Below the pieces are notes generated by a model. That model saw nothing but the letters and a program-made list of their open reading frames with translations, ran no database searches and had not been told where the DNA came from. The translations under genes were made by a program, and so were the position numbers. From positions 11,481-75,480 of the forward strand of contig JAAZBX010000004.1 in NCBI GenBank assembly GCA_012513575.1: a stretch of DNA of 64,000 bases, read 5' to 3'. This document shows, in pieces, positions 60,009 through 64,000 of this stretch. Position 1 is the stretch's first letter. Each line of letters opens with the position of its first letter. Source of the DNA: Candidatus Dojkabacteria bacterium (GTDB lineage: Bacteria > Patescibacteriota > Dojkabacteria > SC72).

Positions 60009-61439
60009 CAGTTTCGAAGCCTCTTGAGATATCACATTCGAAAGATCGTACTCTATCCCCCTCTCAAAAGATGATTTTGCCCCCTCAATATCACTCTCTT
60101 TAACTTTTAGCATCCCTTGGACAAGATAATATTTGGGATTGTACCTATCTTTTGCAAGTAGCTGATCAAGAAGAACGCTTGCACCAGTAGTATCACTATC
60201 CTCCACTGCCAATCTGGCCCTCCAATATAGATACTCCTTTTGTTGATTTTCTGATAATTCCAATTTCCCAAGCTGCTCAATATAGTAGTCCACCTTCGCT
60301 CTTTCACCTAACATATAGTTTACTTTTACTCCCCATAAATAAATGTATGGCTTTTCTTGATTAGTAGTTAATGATTTAATTGTATCTGCAGCTTTAAGGT
60401 TTTGGTTGTTTTCAAGAAGAAGGGAAAGATACTCGTCAACTAAATTCTCAGAGATATCCTTTCCTCCATATTCCACAGCTCTTGAATACATATTTATCGC
60501 ACCTTCTAAATCGTTTTTTAGATAACTTGCCCTAGCTTTCCCCCAAAGAATTTCTGTTTCCATTCCTCCCAAGGACAAAGCTTTGTCAAAATACTCAATA
60601 GCTTTGTCGTATTGCCCAACTCGCTGATATGATATCCCCATAAAATATTCTCCTTCCAAATACTGAGCAATATCCATTTCGACTGTTTTAAGAATATTTA
60701 ATGAAAGGAATGGGTATCCACCATTTAGATATACCCTTGATAGTTTAACTGCATTGTATTTCTTGTCGTCATCCAGAGAATTTAGTAAATTATCAAATTC
60801 ATCATAAAAGGAAGTCCATTTCCCTGAAGGAGCAATACTTCCTATTTGTGTCTTTGCCTTCTCTGTATCAGTTAGTGCATAGAGATAGGATAGCAACAAA
60901 TTGGCTTCCACAGTGATATCTCCTTCATATTTGTTTTTTTCTATTTGCTTTAATCCTTCATCTATCCTGTCGATATTTATTAGTGCTTTTCCCAAAGCGA
61001 ATTCTGCTTCTAGATTCTCTACTCCCAATCCTAAACCTTCTTGATACATTTCTTTTGCTTTCTTGAAATCTGCGAGGTCATAATAATAATCACCAATTAA
61101 ATCATATAGAACCGACCTTTCATTTGAAGATATAGCTCTAGTAGACTCCCTAACAATTGAGAGGGCTTCATCGGCTCGATTCTTTAGCAAAAGGATATCA
61201 ACAATTCCCTTGTAAGCAGTAAATTCCTGAGGTATCAGAGAACTTGCCTCGTAATATTGGTTAATTGCTTCCGAATACTCTCTACCATTAAAATTCAACT
61301 CAGCCTGCTTGATTTTTTCATCATACAAACTTCTTTCACCTTCTGTCACCCTTTTCCCCAGAAAGAAATACAGAGAAACAGCAACTATTAAAAGAATTAA
61401 TACAAACCAAGGTAGAAATTTAAGAATTTTCTCTTTCAT
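59991..61439 (-). CDS. Membrane-anchored tetratricopeptide-repeat protein
   Basis: N-terminal TM; repeated G..Y...G.Y..A...Y..A helices. Confidence 0.88.
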   Translation of the reverse strand: MKEKILKFLPWFVLILLIVAVSLYFFLGKRVTEGERSLYDEKIKQAELNFNGREYSEAINQYYEASSLIPQEFTAYKGIVDILLLKNRADEALSIVRESTRAISSNERSVLYDLIGDYYYDLADFKKAKEMYQEGLGLGVENLEAEFALGKALINIDRIDEGLKQIEKNKYEGDITVEANLLLSYLYALTDTEKAKTQIGSIAPSGKWTSFYDEFDNLLNSLDDDKKYNAVKLSRVYLNGGYPFLSLNILKTVEMDIAQYLEGEYFMGISYQRVGQYDKAIEYFDKALSLGGMETEILWGKARASYLKNDLEGAINMYSRAVEYGGKDISENLVDEYLSLLLENNQNLKAADTIKSLTTNQEKPYIYLWGVKVNYMLGERAKVDYYIEQLGKLELSENQQKEYLYWRARLAVEDSDTTGASVLLDQLLAKDRYNPKYYLVQGMLKVKESDIEGAKSSFERGIEYDLSNVISQEASKLLSNLK

Positions 61440-61505
61440 ATATTAAAATATAGTTTAGGGGCACACTTATGTCAAATTGCGTGACATATGATAGAATTGT
61501 TTACC

Positions 61506-62435
61506 ATGTTTGGGAAGAAAATTATTTGGGTAGTATTCACTATATTAGCATTTGCTCTAATTTATAGATTGGATTCGAATTACCCCATTAACAATTACTC
61601 AGAAAGAAGCACATTCCCAATTGAAGAAGTTTTCCGTAATGGAAACAGTAAATTAGATGGCAAGATAAAAATTGTTACTGTAACTCAAGAAGGAAATACT
61701 TCAGTACACCTAACGAAGGGTTCTACACCCGCAGAGGCACTACTTTCTCTAGGTTATCATTTGGGTAATAACATTAGAATTGTTTCAACCTCTCCATCAA
61801 ATATACTTTATAACGATACATATATTCTTCTTCAAACATACAATACAAAACTTGTTGAGAGGGAGATGATAATACCCTTTGGGACAATAACAAAAGGTTC
61901 CTCCCTTTGTCCTAGAGTAAGCCAGACAGTTGTCGAACAAGAGGGAGAAGCTGGTAGAATGATACAAACTGTAGAGCAATTCTATCTTGGAGATAAATTT
62001 ATTTCTGAAGAAATTATTTCACAAAGTGTTGAGAGATCCCCAATTCAAAGGGTCATTGCTATTTCAAATGCAAATGATTCTCCCCAATCAGTAACACAGC
62101 TTGGGCCAAGATGTGATTATTGGGAAGGGATTGTAAATTCTCTAGATGCAACGGAGGAGGAGAAACAGTGGCTTCGTTTTACAATGAGATGGGAATCTGG
62201 ATGTAACGCAGAGAACAACAAGTCATTTTACAAGGGTTTGTTTCAATGGGATCCATGCTTATGGTACAAGATATATCCTAATGACAATATATTTGACGGG
62301 AGAGCACAAATCTCTAAAACTTTACAAAAGATTCGTCAATGTGCCGATCCTGCAAAAATGTGGCCTGGAGTTTACAAAAAATATGTTCAAACATACGGAG
62401 AACTAAGTTCAAGGTACACATGTGGTTACCTATAA
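61506..62435 (+). CDS. G5-domain protein with C-terminal lysozyme-like (Rpf/transglycosylase) domain
   Basis: TM; IPF.T...V.Q.G..G (G5); WESGCN..YKGLFQW..WP. Confidence 0.75.
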   Translation: MFGKKIIWVVFTILAFALIYRLDSNYPINNYSERSTFPIEEVFRNGNSKLDGKIKIVTVTQEGNTSVHLTKGSTPAEALLSLGYHLGNNIRIVSTSPSNILYNDTYILLQTYNTKLVEREMIIPFGTITKGSSLCPRVSQTVVEQEGEAGRMIQTVEQFYLGDKFISEEIISQSVERSPIQRVIAISNANDSPQSVTQLGPRCDYWEGIVNSLDATEEEKQWLRFTMRWESGCNAENNKSFYKGLFQWDPCLWYKIYPNDNIFDGRAQISKTLQKIRQCADPAKMWPGVYKKYVQTYGELSSRYTCGYL

Positions 62436-64000
62436 CTGTAATATTCACAAATATCTTGTGGTATCTCCCCCAGAAACCTTGAAGGCAATTGAGAGGAGAA
62501 TCCTTCTCTTGTTAATCTCTGCTCGGCAAAAGTTATGAAAAGTTTTCTTTTAGCTCTTGTAATACCAACATAGCATAATCTTCTTTCTTCTTCGAGCTCC
62601 TCTTCCTCCAAAAACGATCTGGAGTGAGGAAGTAAACCTTCTTCTGCGCCAATGATAAAAACAAAATCAAACTCTAACCCCTTTGATGAATGTAAAGTCA
62701 TTAAATTAAGGTAATTTCCTGTTCCATCCTGATTCTTTGTCTGCTCTTGTTCAATAATATTGATTTCATTTAGAAATACCTCCATACTCGAAATCCCATG
62801 TTTTTTAGAATACGATGAAGCAACATTTTTTAATTCAGTAATATTGTCTTTTTTCATAATTGACTCTTCAGAGCCATCATCAAACCATTCAATATATCTT
62901 ACTCTCTCAAGTAAATAATCGATTGTTTTTATAAGTTCTTTCCCTTTTGAGTAGAAATATAGATTGCCAAAAAGTGAAATAACAGACAAATATTTTTTCC
63001 ATTTATCTTTAGAAGCAGACAGAGAATCTATTAAATCCTTGCTGAATCCTGACTCTTTCAAATTCTCCCTATTCTCACAAACATATGCTGCTATCAAGAA
63101 TTCACCGATCGTAAGAGCACTTTCCTTCGCAAAAGAGTGCAACTCTGCCTTCGCTTTCGGACCCATTTTTCTTGGAGGGATATTTAATATCCTATCTAAC
63201 GAGAGTTCGTCCTTAGGGTTAAAACAAAATCTCAGAAAGCTTATAATGTCCTTGATCTCTTTCCTCTCATAGAATCTAAAACCTCCTACCAACTTATACG
63301 GGATCCCAGACTTAAGAAAAGCTTCTTCAATTGCTCTTGATTGATAATTAGTTCTGTAGAGAATTGCCATATCTCGTAGTTGAACCCCCTTCTGCTGAAG
63401 CAACCTGATGTTACTGAGCACATATTCAGCTTCATCTTCCTGATCTAATGCCTGATATATTGATATCTTTTCCCCCTCATTGTTGTCAGTCCACAAGACC
63501 TTATCTACCCTACTATTGTTCTGCTGAATTACATTTACGGCTGCTTTAATTACATTTTTTGTAGATCGATAATTTTGCTCTAATTTTACCACCGTTACAT
63601 TCTCAAAATCATTTTCAAATGATTGAATATTTTTAATATTTGCACCCCTCCAAGCGTATATCCCTTGATCATCGTCCCCAACGACACAAATATTATGGTG
63701 CTTTTCAGCAAGAAGTTTGGCAAATCTGTACTGAACTGTATTGGTATCCTGATATTCATCTATTAACAAATATTTAAATCTCTCCTGATATCTACTCCTT
63801 ACATTTTGATTTTCTTCAAGCAATTTTACAGTTAGAAAAAGAAGATCTCCGAAATCCACTGCATTTTGAGCCTGCAATTGCTTTTGATAAACAGGATAGA
63901 TATCAGCAACAACGTCTTCAATAAAACCACCATAATGAAAAGGAAATTGCTCAGGAGCAATCATGTCATTTTTTGCAGAACTAATGAAGTACGAGATAGC
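62426..64000 (-). CDS. pcrA: UvrD/PcrA DNA helicase (5' end outside window)
   Basis: DEYQDTN, VGDDDQ.IY.WRGA, LEQNYRS, TLHSSKGLEF, EERRL.YVGITRA; frame open to 64000. Confidence 0.97.
   Translation of the reverse strand, partial: AISYFISSAKNDMIAPEQFPFHYGGFIEDVVADIYPVYQKQLQAQNAVDFGDLLFLTVKLLEENQNVRSRYQERFKYLLIDEYQDTNTVQYRFAKLLAEKHHNICVVGDDDQGIYAWRGANIKNIQSFENDFENVTVVKLEQNYRSTKNVIKAAVNVIQQNNSRVDKVLWTDNNEGEKISIYQALDQEDEAEYVLSNIRLLQQKGVQLRDMAILYRTNYQSRAIEEAFLKSGIPYKLVGGFRFYERKEIKDIISFLRFCFNPKDELSLDRILNIPPRKMGPKAKAELHSFAKESALTIGEFLIAAYVCENRENLKESGFSKDLIDSLSASKDKWKKYLSVISLFGNLYFYSKGKELIKTIDYLLERVRYIEWFDDGSEESIMKKDNITELKNVASSYSKKHGISSMEVFLNEINIIEQEQTKNQDGTGNYLNLMTLHSSKGLEFDFVFIIGAEEGLLPHSRSFLEEEELEEERRLCYVGITRAKRKLFITFAEQRLTREGFSSQLPSRFLGEIPQDICEYYSYR

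Noticed and set aside
1-64000. Many 60-160 aa ORFs antisense to or nested in long genes (e.g. 33059-33535, 46537-47013, 55859-56263)
   Set aside because: Ser/Phe/Ile-rich shadows of Lys/Glu-rich real genes; no motifs or start signals

Overview
AT-rich, gene-dense 64 kb core-chromosome segment of a Patescibacteria/CPR bacterium (genetic code 11; Dojkabacteria/WS6-like by overall impression only). The CPR call rests on the absence of uL30 from the spc operon, an alpha2-type GlyRS, an archaeal-like PyrH and almost no Shine-Dalgarno sites. The right half holds fusA, tuf, the S10-spc-alpha ribosomal superoperon and rplM-rpsI. The rest holds tRNA-synthetase and tRNA-modification genes (serS, lysS, glyQS, miaA, trmD, tgt, queA, fmt), rny, hup, two greA paralogues, cell-envelope enzymes, tRNA-Pro(GGG), tRNA-Glu(CTC) and RNase P RNA. 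No CRISPR, IS, prophage or rRNA was seen. Most notable observations: (1) EF-Tu and EF-G both lack the guanine-specifying NKxD Asp and both gain an Asp in G5; (2) a PhcB-like methyltransferase is coupled to a 7TM-GAF histidine kinase, a candidate quorum-sensing module; (3) a probable divergent 6S RNA lies upstream of rny; (4) about 12 genes have a -10 box 5-8 nt before the ATG, suggesting leaderless mRNAs; (5) SecDF is degenerate, RNase P RNA is minimal/hybrid and uL29 is missing from the S10 operon. All family calls come from motif recognition by eye; no searches were run.
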